DNA from: Thermoleophilia bacterium
Lineage (GTDB): Bacteria; Actinomycetota; Thermoleophilia; RBG-16-64-13
DNA length: 64,000 nt
Assembly: GCA_026415615.1 (NCBI GenBank)
Contig: JAOAGT010000003.1
Coordinates: 103,077-167,076, forward strand
Direction of reading: 5' to 3'
The translations under genes and the position numbers were made by a program. The notes beneath the pieces were generated by a model. The model was not told where the DNA came from. It ran no database searches and was given only the letters and a program-made list of their open reading frames with translations. Numbering within the stretch: the first letter of the stretch is position 1; every line of letters starts with the position of its first letter. Shown here piece after piece: positions 16,941 through 27,237 of the stretch.

Positions 16941-18512
16941 ATGAAAAGCAAGATGCTGACACAAGCAACTAGGTACAGGGAACATATGCCGCGGCACAAA
17001 GCAAAGCACCGCGGAAGAGCGGGCCTGCGTGGCTTCACGCTCATTGAAGTGCTTATTGCCTCGATGCTCCTCCTGATTGTTATGGCTGGAATAGTCCCGT
17101 TCTTCGTGGGCGGATTGGCGCAGGCGTCTACTGTCCGCTACAAGAGCCTTGCCACCAATATCGCTCGCGAGCGTATGGAACAAATCCGCCAGCTTGATTA
17201 TCGCGAAATAACAGAGAATCCTGCAGAAGGTACTACGCTAAGCGCGCGTTTTGGCACTACCGCGGAGCGTCGCGGCATAAAGTTCAATATCTCGTATAAG
17301 GTAGAGTCCTCCACATACGACACTGGGTTGCTCAAGAAAGTTACGGTCACAGTTTCCTGGACTGCTCCGCCGCGGGTATCCCCAGCGTCGATAACCACCC
17401 TTATCCACCAACAGTTCCTGGGGCCGCGAGGTGCTTACCTTGAGCTGTCGCCAACCCAGTCAGATCCGTTGGGTACTCCGTTTCCACTGATAGCCGGGTC
17501 CAGCACGCGCATTCGCTACCACATAGCTGAAGCAGATTGGGGGCTAGTATTCCGAGACGTGACCAAACCCAGCACAACTGCGAGAGATGTATTTGCGCGC
17601 TTCTTCTTTGTGGGCAGCGATGGTAGGACTATCTTTCTAGGGGACCCCGATGACGAGAACCGCATCGACACCGCTTATTTGCGCTACTCTACCAGCGGAA
17701 GCCAACTAACCGACGTCTGGTTTGAGTACTCGTTCGACACACGGCTTATCCCAGACGGATATTGGGAGCTCCGGGCAGTCGCCTACAACGAATACGAGCA
17801 ACCGGGCAACGTCTGGCGCCTTAGAGTAAGAATCGAGAACGGCGCCCCGGCCGCTCCCACTCAATTCACGGCAGTTGCTCAGCCGGACAATCAAAGCGTA
17901 GTCCTATACTGGCTGGGAGGCCCAGAGTCCGACCGCGACCATTACGTGCTGGAGCGCTCGGTTTGGAATAGCCAAGCCCAACAGTGGACTTCCTGGCAGC
18001 CGGTGGCTCCAAACATCGCCCCTGACACTGTCACATACACCGACCAGGGAAGCGTCGCCTTAAAGGTTCATCCTTGGGGTAGTCAAGAGACAACAAACTG
18101 GTACCTGTATCGCATCTACGCCGTTGACAGGCAGCCTGGCAACATCGGACCCGCTGCCGCGCTAACCCAGCCAGTGGTAATACCTCCCATGACTACCACC
18201 ACGACCACGCAGACAACTACGACAGTCTCCACGACCAGTACCACGACCATCTCCACTACTACGACGACTCTCGCCACTTACTCGGTCAAGGTGCAGAACA
18301 ACGCAAAATCGCACTACCGGGTGGATGTGCGAAACGCTTCGAATGCCCTGGTCTACACTGGCACGGTGAAGAAAGGCCAGACCTTGACCATCTCCGGGCT
18401 ACCGGCAGGGCAGTACAAAATAGACGCCACACCAATCAGTGGCGGATCTATAGTCTCGGCCTCCTTCTCTTTGCCCGCACAGGCCGACCAGATTGTTCTT
18501 ACTTTGCTCTAG
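16941..18512 (+). CDS. Large PilV-like pilin fused to Ig/Fn3-like domains and a Thr-rich linker
   Basis: RG|FTLIEVLIAS; KKVTVTVSW; PAAPTQFTA..VVLYW..YVLER..YRIYAVD Fn3 pattern; alternative start at 16986. Confidence 0.8.
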   Translation: MKSKMLTQATRYREHMPRHKAKHRGRAGLRGFTLIEVLIASMLLLIVMAGIVPFFVGGLAQASTVRYKSLATNIARERMEQIRQLDYREITENPAEGTTLSARFGTTAERRGIKFNISYKVESSTYDTGLLKKVTVTVSWTAPPRVSPASITTLIHQQFLGPRGAYLELSPTQSDPLGTPFPLIAGSSTRIRYHIAEADWGLVFRDVTKPSTTARDVFARFFFVGSDGRTIFLGDPDDENRIDTAYLRYSTSGSQLTDVWFEYSFDTRLIPDGYWELRAVAYNEYEQPGNVWRLRVRIENGAPAAPTQFTAVAQPDNQSVVLYWLGGPESDRDHYVLERSVWNSQAQQWTSWQPVAPNIAPDTVTYTDQGSVALKVHPWGSQETTNWYLYRIYAVDRQPGNIGPAAALTQPVVIPPMTTTTTTQTTTTVSTTSTTTISTTTTTLATYSVKVQNNAKSHYRVDVRNASNALVYTGTVKKGQTLTISGLPAGQYKIDATPISGGSIVSASFSLPAQADQIVLTLL

Positions 18513-18522
18513 GAAAGAGTGG

Positions 18523-19197
18523 ATGGTGGCAAGCGAGATGGCAACTCGGTCGACACGATTTCTAACAACTAGACGCGTTCGACCCGGGAGGGATGCCGCA
18601 GGCTTCACTCTTGTGGAAGCCTTGGTTACGGCCGTGCTGATTGCTGTCGTTTTGCTTGCAATTTTCACCATCTGGTTTGGGCTGCAGCGCACCTACGCTT
18701 TTACAGAAGAGGACATGAAGGCGCAGCAGGAGGCGAGAAATGCTCTCTCGGAGATGGTCGAGCTCATTCGCACAGCTCGACGGCCCAACCCAGCACCTTC
18801 AGAGAATCTGGACTTGGTCATTGTTACAGCAGACAGCAACTCGCTGGTGTTGTGGTCCGACGTGGATCGTGACCCGCAGCATGATCTCGAGTTAGTGCGC
18901 TTTCGCGTGGATTTCCAGTCGCGCACGCTCTACCGCGACGTGAGCCAGACCGGTGATATCACTTTTTCTTCGGGCACATCAGTTCGACTGGTGAGTAGTT
19001 GGGTGACCAACGACGAAACTCTGCCGCTTTTTACGTACATTGACTCGAAGGGGATCACATTGCCTACCCCGGTGCCGGATCCTGTAGCCATTCGGCAAGT
19101 AGTGATTGACCTGCGTATAGACGTGGAGGTCGGCAAATCGCCGATTGCACACGAGCTTCGCTCCACAGTACAACCCCGAAATCTGCGCCAGTACTAG
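18523..19197 (+). CDS. PilW-like minor pilin
   Basis: AG|FTLVEALV; AQQEARNALSEMVELIRTA; C-terminal VQPRN. Confidence 0.82.
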   Translation: MVASEMATRSTRFLTTRRVRPGRDAAGFTLVEALVTAVLIAVVLLAIFTIWFGLQRTYAFTEEDMKAQQEARNALSEMVELIRTARRPNPAPSENLDLVIVTADSNSLVLWSDVDRDPQHDLELVRFRVDFQSRTLYRDVSQTGDITFSSGTSVRLVSSWVTNDETLPLFTYIDSKGITLPTPVPDPVAIRQVVIDLRIDVEVGKSPIAHELRSTVQPRNLRQY

Positions 19198-19218
19198 AAG
19201 CCGGAGGAGGGATGGCTC

Positions 19219-20436
19219 ATGACTGCCAGGAAGACCGTCCAAGCAGTGACCTGTATTCGGGAGAGATTAGCTAGAGAGTCCGGAGTGGTCCTCATAGTTG
19301 TGATGGCCTTTGTGGCGGTGTTCGCAGCTACGGGCGCCGGACTCTACTGGCTGGTGTCTTCGCAAACTAACGCCACTGAGCTTGAACGCACAGATGTCAA
19401 GGCTTTCAATGTCGCAGAAGCAGGCATAGATGCTGGCATGCTTGCCCTTAAGCTGAACTGGCCTGACGCTCCCGATAAGGTAGCCGCCGTTGACAATGAC
19501 ATTCTAAAGACTGTCATTCAGCAAAACAGCCCTGGCTTGTGGGACCCAAAACGGTCTAACCCGAGCGAGTTTATCCAGGTGGAGATATACGACAATGTCG
19601 ACGCCTCGGGCAATACCACAAGCGTTGCGAATCCAGACCCGTCCACACGCGTTTATTGGGATTCGAACAAGGACGGCCTGATGTTTGTCGACTCTACCGC
19701 TAACGTCGACGATGACCGGCACCGCATTCTGATCCTGGCCCAGCGACAGTACTGGGATCTTACCTTCCCCGTGGGTCTAGCCCTATGGTCAGGAGTTGTG
19801 GACAGCAACGGACAAGGCTTGTACGTAACTGTAGAGGATCCAAACCCTGCCCCATATGTTCCATATGCTTTTTACGATGTACACGACGCTCAAGGCAAGA
19901 AGATAAGTGCAGGGTACGCGGTTGCCCCAGCTCCTTCAGCATCTTCATTCAATGAGGTATTCCCGGAGTCACTGCGAGCCGCGCTGGAAGCCATCGCCCG
20001 AGAGCAGGGCACCTATTTCACTAGCGACACTCAGGCAAGTGCCTTCCTTGCCTCGGGCCAAGCTGGTGGAAAGGTCGTGTACATCAAGTCAAACTCAGCT
20101 GTAACCATAAGCGGCGACAAGCGGGTGGGAAGCAAAGATTCACCCGTGGTGGTAATAATTGACACGCCCGACAACTCAGAAAATGTCTGGGACTTTCGAG
20201 GAACAGCTGATTTCTACGGCGTCCTCGTTACGATCGGAAACAGCACCCTACGAGGAACTTCCGGCATACACGGAGCCCTCTACTGCTCGGGTACGTTGCT
20301 CAACAAGGGCACTGGCTCTAGCGGCGAGATTAATTACAACCAGACCTGCATCCAAAACATAAACAGGCAGTACACCATCAGCGTAAACATCGTTCCCAAC
20401 ACCTGGGAGGAGTATACGCTGCCCCGCTCGCAGTAG
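19219..20436 (+). CDS. PilX-like minor pilin
   Basis: ESG|VVLIVVM without E5; AFNVAEAGID PilX N-terminal motif; beta-solenoid-like C-terminus. Confidence 0.8.
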   Translation: MTARKTVQAVTCIRERLARESGVVLIVVMAFVAVFAATGAGLYWLVSSQTNATELERTDVKAFNVAEAGIDAGMLALKLNWPDAPDKVAAVDNDILKTVIQQNSPGLWDPKRSNPSEFIQVEIYDNVDASGNTTSVANPDPSTRVYWDSNKDGLMFVDSTANVDDDRHRILILAQRQYWDLTFPVGLALWSGVVDSNGQGLYVTVEDPNPAPYVPYAFYDVHDAQGKKISAGYAVAPAPSASSFNEVFPESLRAALEAIAREQGTYFTSDTQASAFLASGQAGGKVVYIKSNSAVTISGDKRVGSKDSPVVVIIDTPDNSENVWDFRGTADFYGVLVTIGNSTLRGTSGIHGALYCSGTLLNKGTGSSGEINYNQTCIQNINRQYTISVNIVPNTWEEYTLPRSQ

Positions 20437-20439
20437 GTT

Positions 20440-20868
20440 CTAAAGCCCGCTGCTCCCGAAACCCGCTTCTCCGCGGAGAGAACCAGGCAGGTCCTGCGCC
20501 GGCACGTACTCCGCTTCCGGCACCCGCTGGATCATAAGCTGAGCGATCCGGTCGCCTTTGTGTACCACGAAGGGCTCAGAGCCGGAGTTATACAGGATCA
20601 CCCTTACCTCGCCGCGGTAATTGCTGTCAATCAGCCCAGGGGAATTCACTAGCATTAGTCCGTGATGCAAAGCTAGACCGGACCGCGGCAATACCAGTCC
20701 TGCGTACCCATCGGGAATGGCAAGAGCAAGGCCCGTGCCCACATCGCGTCTTTCCCCAGGCTGTATCACTGCCTCTTCTACGGAGAACAAATCAGCCCCC
20801 GCATCTCCCGGGTGCGCCTGCCTCGGAAGTCGCGCCTCTGGGTGTAAGAACTTGACGGCTATTTGCAT
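20440..20868 (-). CDS. dut: dUTP pyrophosphatase
   Basis: AGADL, PRSGLA, GLIDSNYRG, RIAQL, RGEAGFGSSG. Confidence 0.96.
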   Translation of the reverse strand: MQIAVKFLHPEARLPRQAHPGDAGADLFSVEEAVIQPGERRDVGTGLALAIPDGYAGLVLPRSGLALHHGLMLVNSPGLIDSNYRGEVRVILYNSGSEPFVVHKGDRIAQLMIQRVPEAEYVPAQDLPGSLRGEAGFGSSGL

Positions 20869-20941
20869 CTTGCCACTCCCGGAACTCAGTACCTATTTAC
20901 CGCGACAGCACCAACTGAGGTCGTTGGCCCTTCCAGCTGTT

Positions 20942-22105
20942 CTACAGCCGCAAAGATTCGCGGATGCGCCGCACCGCCTCAGAGATCAAATGATCTGGAG
21001 TGGTCAACGACAGGCGCACAAACCCCTCGCCTGCGGGTCCATACCCACGCCCAGGGGTTACGACCACTGCTGCTTGCTCCAAAACATGCTCGCTAAAACT
21101 AGCGGAGGTGTAGCCTTCGGGTACTGGCACCCACATGTAGACTGTGGCCTTTGGCTTTGGTACCCGCATGCCCACTGCTTCAAGGGCTTCCGCCAGAAGA
21201 TCACGGCGACGGCGGTAGATCGCGCACATCTCGTGCACAAAATCCCATGGACCATTGAGAATAAATGCCGCCGTACGCTGCAGCGCATCGAACATGCCGG
21301 AGTCCATGTTGGTCTTCAAACGCCAGAGATGTTCCAGGATCTCATGATTTCCCACCGCAAATCCGATACGCCAACCAGTCATGTTGAACGGTTTTGAAAA
21401 ACTGAAGAACTCGACACCAACATCTTTGGCACCTGGGGTAGCAAGAAAGCTTGGAGCTACATAGCCGTCAAACGTGAGTTCGGAGTACGCGTTGTCATGA
21501 ACCACGGCGATGTCGTACTTCTTCGCGAAAGCTACAACCTTCTCAAAGAATCCCTCTCGCACCACCGCTGTCGTAGGATTGTTCGGATAGCTGATAAACA
21601 GAACCTTGGCCCGTCGTGCCTCTTCTTCGGTAACTTCGTCAAGATCAGGGAGAAAGTCGTTTTCGGGGCGCAAGGTAAGATACTTGACTTGGGCGCCCGC
21701 TATCACCGAACCCGCAGCGTACACCGGGTAGCCAGGGTCAGGGACCAGAGCGAGATCTCCCGGGTCAAGCAGAGCTAGACATATGTGTGCCAGCCCTTCT
21801 TTAGCCCCTAGCAAGGGAAAGAACTCGCGCTCGGGGTCAATTTCCACTCCAAACCTGCGTTGATAGAAGGCCGCAGCCGCACGAGCAAACTCAGGTAGCC
21901 CAGCATTAGAGGGGTAGCGGTGATTCCGCGGATCAGCCACTTGCCGCTGCATCTCCTCGACTATGTAAGCTGGAGTGGGAAGGTCAGGGTCCCCAATGCC
22001 GAGACTTATTACCTCCACCCCAGCTTTGCGTTTCTCTTGAATCTTGCGCTCGATCTCAGCAAACAAGTAGGGAGCAACCCCGTCCATCCGGCGGGAAAAA
22101 CGCAC
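20942..22105 (-). CDS. dapL: LL-diaminopimelate aminotransferase
   Basis: PYLFAEI, LGIGDPD, YPNNPT, SFSKPFNMTGWRIG; next to dapF. Confidence 0.88.
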   Translation of the reverse strand: MRFSRRMDGVAPYLFAEIERKIQEKRKAGVEVISLGIGDPDLPTPAYIVEEMQRQVADPRNHRYPSNAGLPEFARAAAAFYQRRFGVEIDPEREFFPLLGAKEGLAHICLALLDPGDLALVPDPGYPVYAAGSVIAGAQVKYLTLRPENDFLPDLDEVTEEEARRAKVLFISYPNNPTTAVVREGFFEKVVAFAKKYDIAVVHDNAYSELTFDGYVAPSFLATPGAKDVGVEFFSFSKPFNMTGWRIGFAVGNHEILEHLWRLKTNMDSGMFDALQRTAAFILNGPWDFVHEMCAIYRRRRDLLAEALEAVGMRVPKPKATVYMWVPVPEGYTSASFSEHVLEQAAVVVTPGRGYGPAGEGFVRLSLTTPDHLISEAVRRIRESLRL

Positions 22106-22191
22106 GTTAACCTCCTTCCTCGTTTTCTTGGGGGCTGTTCCTCGTCTTTGGACTCGCTAGTTACCCCTCGAGCTGGCCGCCCCATAAGGCC

Positions 22192-23097
22192 CTAAATGTC
22201 AGCGCGCCCGTCAAGCCACCACCCCAAATTCGCAAGCAGCTCGGGGGACAATTCTGCTGTAAAGACCTCCTGAGCGGGCCCGGTCATGAACACGCGGTAA
22301 CTTGAGACGTCGCCACCGTCGTGCGAATCGGTCGGGTACACCTCAATGAGAAGATCTCCGCCCGGAAGACAGACAGTCATCGGGCTTTCTCCCACCCCGC
22401 GTCGTACACACGCAGCAGCTACTGCTGTCGCTCCTGTCCCGCAGGCCTGAGTCTCCCCTGCTCCGCGTTCCCAGACTCTCACGCGAGCAGTCGTAGTATC
22501 CTCTAGCTGGACAAACTCTACGTTTGTCCGGTTGGGAAAGAACTCGTGGTGCTCAATAGCAGGGCCCACCGCGCTGAGATCCACCTGGTTGGGGTCATCT
22601 ACAAAGATGACACAGTGCGGATTGCCCACATCCACGAAGGTAAACTGGTAACGCCTCGCCGGGATCTCAAGTAGTCGGTCAACTACGTCCCCGAATCCGT
22701 CCACTGCCACGTTGTCGCTCCGGAACCGCGCCCAGCCCATATCAACGCGCACCCCTCCGTCGGGCTTGATCTCGACTTCGATAGGGCCAGCGAGAGTCTC
22801 AATAGTAAATCGGGCCGTCTTCACCACGCTGCGGCGCTCGAGATACCGGGCAAACATCCGGACCCCGTTACCACACATCTCAGCTTCACTACCATCAGGG
22901 TTGAGCACACGCATCCGGGCAACTGCTTCAGAGACTGCTCCAGTTGGCGGGCAAAACACCAGAATTCCGTCTGAGCCTATGCCGCGGTGGCGGTCACAAA
23001 GGAGAGCGATAGCCTCAGCAGTCAAAGGGGCGGGAAGCTCGCTCTCCTCCACAATAATGTAGTCATTGCCTAGTCCCTGCCACTTGGCCACCCTCAC
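22192..23097 (-). CDS. dapF: Diaminopimelate epimerase
   Basis: GLGNDY, NPDGSEAEMCGNG, GNPH, WERGAGETQACGTG. Confidence 0.95.
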   Translation of the reverse strand: MRVAKWQGLGNDYIIVEESELPAPLTAEAIALLCDRHRGIGSDGILVFCPPTGAVSEAVARMRVLNPDGSEAEMCGNGVRMFARYLERRSVVKTARFTIETLAGPIEVEIKPDGGVRVDMGWARFRSDNVAVDGFGDVVDRLLEIPARRYQFTFVDVGNPHCVIFVDDPNQVDLSAVGPAIEHHEFFPNRTNVEFVQLEDTTTARVRVWERGAGETQACGTGATAVAAACVRRGVGESPMTVCLPGGDLLIEVYPTDSHDGGDVSSYRVFMTGPAQEVFTAELSPELLANLGWWLDGRADI

Positions 23098-23100
23098 CTC

Positions 23101-24051
23101 TCAAGCTCCTTCCGCTGGACGCAAATCTGCGATCATCGCTGCCACTTCCGCCGGGGCCTTTCCCGTGACGTCAATGATAACAGCGCCCTTGACCTTCCGA
23201 AGCCATGTCCACTGGCGCCTAGCATACTTGCGGGTGGCAGAAGCGACGTTGGCGATTGTCTGGTCAAGAGTCTGAGACCCTTCAAGATAGCGGACGATGT
23301 CCTCGTAGCCGATGGCACTACAGATACCCGGCCTACCAGGCCTTGTATCGTTCTCGCCGTACTCTCTGCGAAATCGCGCCACCTCTTCCACACCGCCCTC
23401 AAGCACAATTCGCGCCGCTCGTGCGTTGATGCGCTCATAGAGCGCCCCTCTTTCGTGCACCAGACCCACGATCACCGAAGGGTAGTAGTAGTCAGGGGAC
23501 CAGAGATCCGAGCGTCCGGACCACTTTTGCCCCGTAAGGTAAATAGCCTCAAGAGCGCGGATTACACGCCTTAGATTGCGAGGGTCAATTCTTTCCGCAG
23601 CTTCCGGATCAAGAGCTGCGAGCTCTGCGTGAAGAACAGCCGGCCCCTCCACCGCGGCTCGCGCTTCGAGATGCTGACGCAGCGCGGGGTCCCCTTGGGT
23701 ATGTACGGCAAGCGGAGCCAGAGCAGCCCGCATGTATAGGCCTGTGCCCCCCACCACCAAAGCTCGTCCGCACCGGCTCAGATCCTCCCTGATCAGGGGT
23801 CGCGCCACTTCGGCATACTCAGCTGCCGAAAACGCGAGTCGGGGGTCAACAAACCCCACCAACTCATGCCGGGCAGCTGTACGCTCCTCAGCAGTGGGCT
23901 GGTTAGTGAGAACGGGAAAACCGCGGTAAACCTGCATAGAGTCGCAGGAAATAATGCGTACGCCCAGCAGACGGGCAAGTTCGATAGCCACAGATGTCTT
24001 GCCCACTCCTGTGGGGCCAAGAATGCCTATGACTAGCGGTGGTTTGGACAA
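23101..24051 (-). CDS. miaA: tRNA dimethylallyltransferase
   Basis: GPTGVGKT, DSMQVY, GGTGLY, TRKYARRQ.TW. Confidence 0.95.
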   Translation of the reverse strand: MSKPPLVIGILGPTGVGKTSVAIELARLLGVRIISCDSMQVYRGFPVLTNQPTAEERTAARHELVGFVDPRLAFSAAEYAEVARPLIREDLSRCGRALVVGGTGLYMRAALAPLAVHTQGDPALRQHLEARAAVEGPAVLHAELAALDPEAAERIDPRNLRRVIRALEAIYLTGQKWSGRSDLWSPDYYYPSVIVGLVHERGALYERINARAARIVLEGGVEEVARFRREYGENDTRPGRPGICSAIGYEDIVRYLEGSQTLDQTIANVASATRKYARRQWTWLRKVKGAVIIDVTGKAPAEVAAMIADLRPAEGA

Positions 24052-24098
24052 GTGAAGCTACGCACCTCGAAAACCTAACTGTTAATAGAAGGTCCTCG

Positions 24099-25517
24099 CT
24101 ACCTCTCTCCCTGCGGCCCCTCCCGACCCACAACCTCAACCTGTCGGCCTCGGAAGCTGGCAGAGGTCGCCTCGAGAAGCTCCACCATTACTAGATCGCC
24201 CGGCTGGGAATTAGAGGCAAAGTTCACCGGCTTATAAGTCCGCGTACGCCCCATTACCTCCCGGGAACACTGGCGGCTAGGCCCCTCTACCATCACCTCG
24301 ACCACCTGACCGACGAGAGCCTCGTTCCGCCGCCTGGCTGTACGCTGCACCAGCTCCACTAACCGCTGCATTCGTTCTTGCGCCACCACACGCGGGACAC
24401 GGTTGGGTAGGTTAGCGGCGGCCGTATGCGGTCTAGGAGAGTAGATAAAGGTGAACGCGCCGTCAAATTCACACTCCTCAACCAAAGTCAGGGTCTGGCC
24501 AAAATCCTCGTCGGTCTCTCCCGGGAAGCCCACTATCAGATCAGTCGTGATAGCTACTCCCGGAACTGCCGCTCGCACCTTTTTCACTAGCTCTATGTAG
24601 GATGCACGATCATAACCCCGGCGCATTGCTGCCAAAACGCTGTCGCTCCCCGATTGAGCAGGAAGGTGCAAGTGCTCACATACCTGGTTGGGTTCTGCCA
24701 TGACCGCAATGAGTTCGTCTGAAACATCTTTTGGATGAGAGGTCATGAAGCGGATGCGTTCAAGACCCGTAATCCGGCAGGCCTCGCGAAGAAGGTCAGC
24801 AAACGTGGCACTGCCGGCAAACCCTGGTTCTTTGCCATAAGCGTTCACGTTCTGGCCTAGGAACACGACTTCCTTTACCCCTTGCTTAACCAGATCCCTG
24901 ACCTCGGTCAGAATCTCCTCCAAAGGCCGAGACGCCTCCGGACCTCTCACGTAGGGCACGATACAGTACGAGCAGAAATTGGTACATCCAGCTGTTATCT
25001 GCACCCAAGCCGACGGCCCTTCTACCCTCGACCGCGGCAGATCAGCGCTCCACCGGGTTGTAAACTCCTGGAAGGCTCCTACAGGCCGTCCCTCCCGCTC
25101 GCGCCGCTCAAGAAGTGTAGGCAGTTCGTGCAGGCTCTGCGGTCCTACAAGAACATCGACAAAAGGAAAGTCCTCCAGGAGAAGCTCCCGACGACTTTGT
25201 GCAAGGCAACCCGCCACCACCACAAGCCGGCTGGGATCAATTGTCTTCAGGCGGCTGGCGGCCTCTAGGTGGGCCGCCAGCCGCCGGTCAGCTTTCTCCC
25301 GGATCGAGCAGGTGTTAAACACAATCACCGAGGCGTCCTCGGGCCGAGTTACTCGAACTAGTCCTTGCTGCTCAAGAACACCAGCGATGCGTTCCGAGTC
25401 GTGATCGTTCATCTGGCAGCCGAATGTGCGCAGGTAGTAGGTACGCGCTCCTGACTCTGCCAGGCCGCGGCCACGAGATTGAGAGGATGCAGAGGTGGAA
25501 ACACTGGCACGTCTCAT
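24099..25517 (-). CDS. miaB: tRNA methylthiotransferase MiaB
   Basis: TFGCQMN, NTCSIRE, CTNFCSYC, SHP, IVGFPGET, TRAM domain. Confidence 0.95.
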   Translation of the reverse strand: MRRASVSTSASSQSRGRGLAESGARTYYLRTFGCQMNDHDSERIAGVLEQQGLVRVTRPEDASVIVFNTCSIREKADRRLAAHLEAASRLKTIDPSRLVVVAGCLAQSRRELLLEDFPFVDVLVGPQSLHELPTLLERREREGRPVGAFQEFTTRWSADLPRSRVEGPSAWVQITAGCTNFCSYCIVPYVRGPEASRPLEEILTEVRDLVKQGVKEVVFLGQNVNAYGKEPGFAGSATFADLLREACRITGLERIRFMTSHPKDVSDELIAVMAEPNQVCEHLHLPAQSGSDSVLAAMRRGYDRASYIELVKKVRAAVPGVAITTDLIVGFPGETDEDFGQTLTLVEECEFDGAFTFIYSPRPHTAAANLPNRVPRVVAQERMQRLVELVQRTARRRNEALVGQVVEVMVEGPSRQCSREVMGRTRTYKPVNFASNSQPGDLVMVELLEATSASFRGRQVEVVGREGPQGER

Positions 25518-25581
25518 GACCGATTTACTAGCCCACTGGACCTACAGGGCGCCAAGGCGAGCCTCGGCCGTCGCCGCAGTT

Positions 25582-27123
25582 CTACTTTGCGTATTCAACC
25601 GCCCGACTTTCCCGGATGACCGTAACTCGGATGGTGCCAGGATAATCCAATTCTCGCTCGATTTCTTTGGCGATCTCCCGGCACAGAAGAGCCGCCTCGT
25701 CGTCGTCAATTTCGTCCGGTTTTACAAGCACCCGAATCTCGCGGCCAGCCTGGATGGCGTACGCTTTTTCCACACCCGGCTTGCTGTCGGCAATGCGCTC
25801 CAGAGCTTCAAGCCGCTTGATGTAGGTCTCCAGGGTCTCCCGGCGTGCACCGGGTCTTGCACTGCTTACCGCATCTCCCGCCGCCACCAAGACAGCCTCG
25901 ACCGACCGCGGCTCGATCTCGTAATGGTGAGCCTCAATGATGTGCGCCACTGCCTCCGACTCACCATAGCGGCGTGCGAGGTTGCCGCCGATCATGGCAT
26001 GGGAGCCTTCCACCTCGTGGTCTACAGCTTTGCCGAGATCGTGCAGTAGACCAGCACGTTTGGCTACCTTCGCATTCACCCCAAGCTCGTGCGCTAGCAT
26101 CCCGGCCAGGTGCGCTACCTCAAGGGAATGTTGAAGCACGTTCTGCCCAAAGCTCGTGCGGAACTTGAGCCTTCCCAACAAGCGGACAAGCTCTGGAGCA
26201 AGCCCGTGCACATTGGCTTCAAGAACCGCTTGCTCTCCCGCCTCCTCGATTTCCTTCTCCACTTCCTCCCGAGCCTTGGTGTACATCTCCTCAATTTTGG
26301 CCGGGTGGATGCGTCCGTCCGCCACGAGCTTGCAAAGGGTCAAACGGGCTATCTCCCGCCGCACAGTGTCAAATCCAGACAGCACGACTGCCTCTGGAGT
26401 GTCATCGATGATGAAGTCCACCCCGGTGAGATTCTCCAGGGTGCGCACGTTTCGCCCTTCGCGGCCTATGATGCGCCCCTTCATATCATCGGAGGGGAGC
26501 GGAACTACCGACACTGTGGTATCCGCCACATGACTGGCGGCGGTCCGCTGAATGCATACAGACAGAATGTCCTTCGCCCGGCGTTCGCCCTCGTGACGCG
26601 CCTCTTCCTCCATGGCCCTCACCATCTTGGCCATGTCATGGCGCACCTCTTCCTCTGTCTTCTTGAGGAGAAGCTCAGCCGCCTGCTCCTTGGTCATCCC
26701 GGATATCTGCTCAAGCAGACGCTGCTGCTCAGCCAGCTTGGCTTCGACCTCCTCAAGCTTCCTACGATAATGAGCTTCGCGGTCGGAAACCGACTGCTCC
26801 CGCCGAGCAAGATCCTTCTGCAGCTCGTTTAGAGCCTCTTCTCGGCTTAGGAGACGGTTTTCAAGCTGACTAAGCTCCTGCCGACGCTCCTTGAGCTCCC
26901 TTTCGGCCTGCACCCGCATTTGGTGGAGCTCTTCCTTGAGCTCCACTCTGGCCTCGCGAGCAATGGCTTCCGCTTTGCGCTTAGCGTCGTCGATAATCCT
27001 AGATGCTGCTTCCTCCGCAGAGGCGATCCTGGCCTCGGCCAAATGCTTGCGGGCAAAGAACCCGGCGACACCACAGACAATAGCGGCCGCCAGGACCACC
27101 GCAATCCACAGTCCTGTACCCAT
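25582..27123 (-). CDS. rny: Ribonuclease Y
   Basis: TM helix, coiled coil, KH ([11 protein letters not shown]), HD (LLHDLGK); start at ATG 27123. Confidence 0.96.
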   Translation of the reverse strand: MGTGLWIAVVLAAAIVCGVAGFFARKHLAEARIASAEEAASRIIDDAKRKAEAIAREARVELKEELHQMRVQAERELKERRQELSQLENRLLSREEALNELQKDLARREQSVSDREAHYRRKLEEVEAKLAEQQRLLEQISGMTKEQAAELLLKKTEEEVRHDMAKMVRAMEEEARHEGERRAKDILSVCIQRTAASHVADTTVSVVPLPSDDMKGRIIGREGRNVRTLENLTGVDFIIDDTPEAVVLSGFDTVRREIARLTLCKLVADGRIHPAKIEEMYTKAREEVEKEIEEAGEQAVLEANVHGLAPELVRLLGRLKFRTSFGQNVLQHSLEVAHLAGMLAHELGVNAKVAKRAGLLHDLGKAVDHEVEGSHAMIGGNLARRYGESEAVAHIIEAHHYEIEPRSVEAVLVAAGDAVSSARPGARRETLETYIKRLEALERIADSKPGVEKAYAIQAGREIRVLVKPDEIDDDEAALLCREIAKEIERELDYPGTIRVTVIRESRAVEYAK

Positions 27124-27213
27124 ATTCTCACTGCTCCAATTACAGCTGCGACCCCGCGGCGCAGCCGTCTCCCAGTCTTGATCACTTCGCCTCGGTCTCT
27201 CTCGCTGTACACT

Positions 27214-27237
27214 AAAAAGCCGAGCCCAGAGCTCGGC
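27214..27237 (-). terminator. Intrinsic terminator/attenuator in the rny leader
   Basis: GCCGAGC-TCTGG-GCTCGGC followed by TTTTT. Confidence 0.7.

Noticed and set aside
9938-20436. Pilin locus as a tRNA-integrated mobile island
   Set aside because: No integrase or duplicated tRNA 3' end was seen, and the locus lies on the 5' side of the tRNA beyond rnz.
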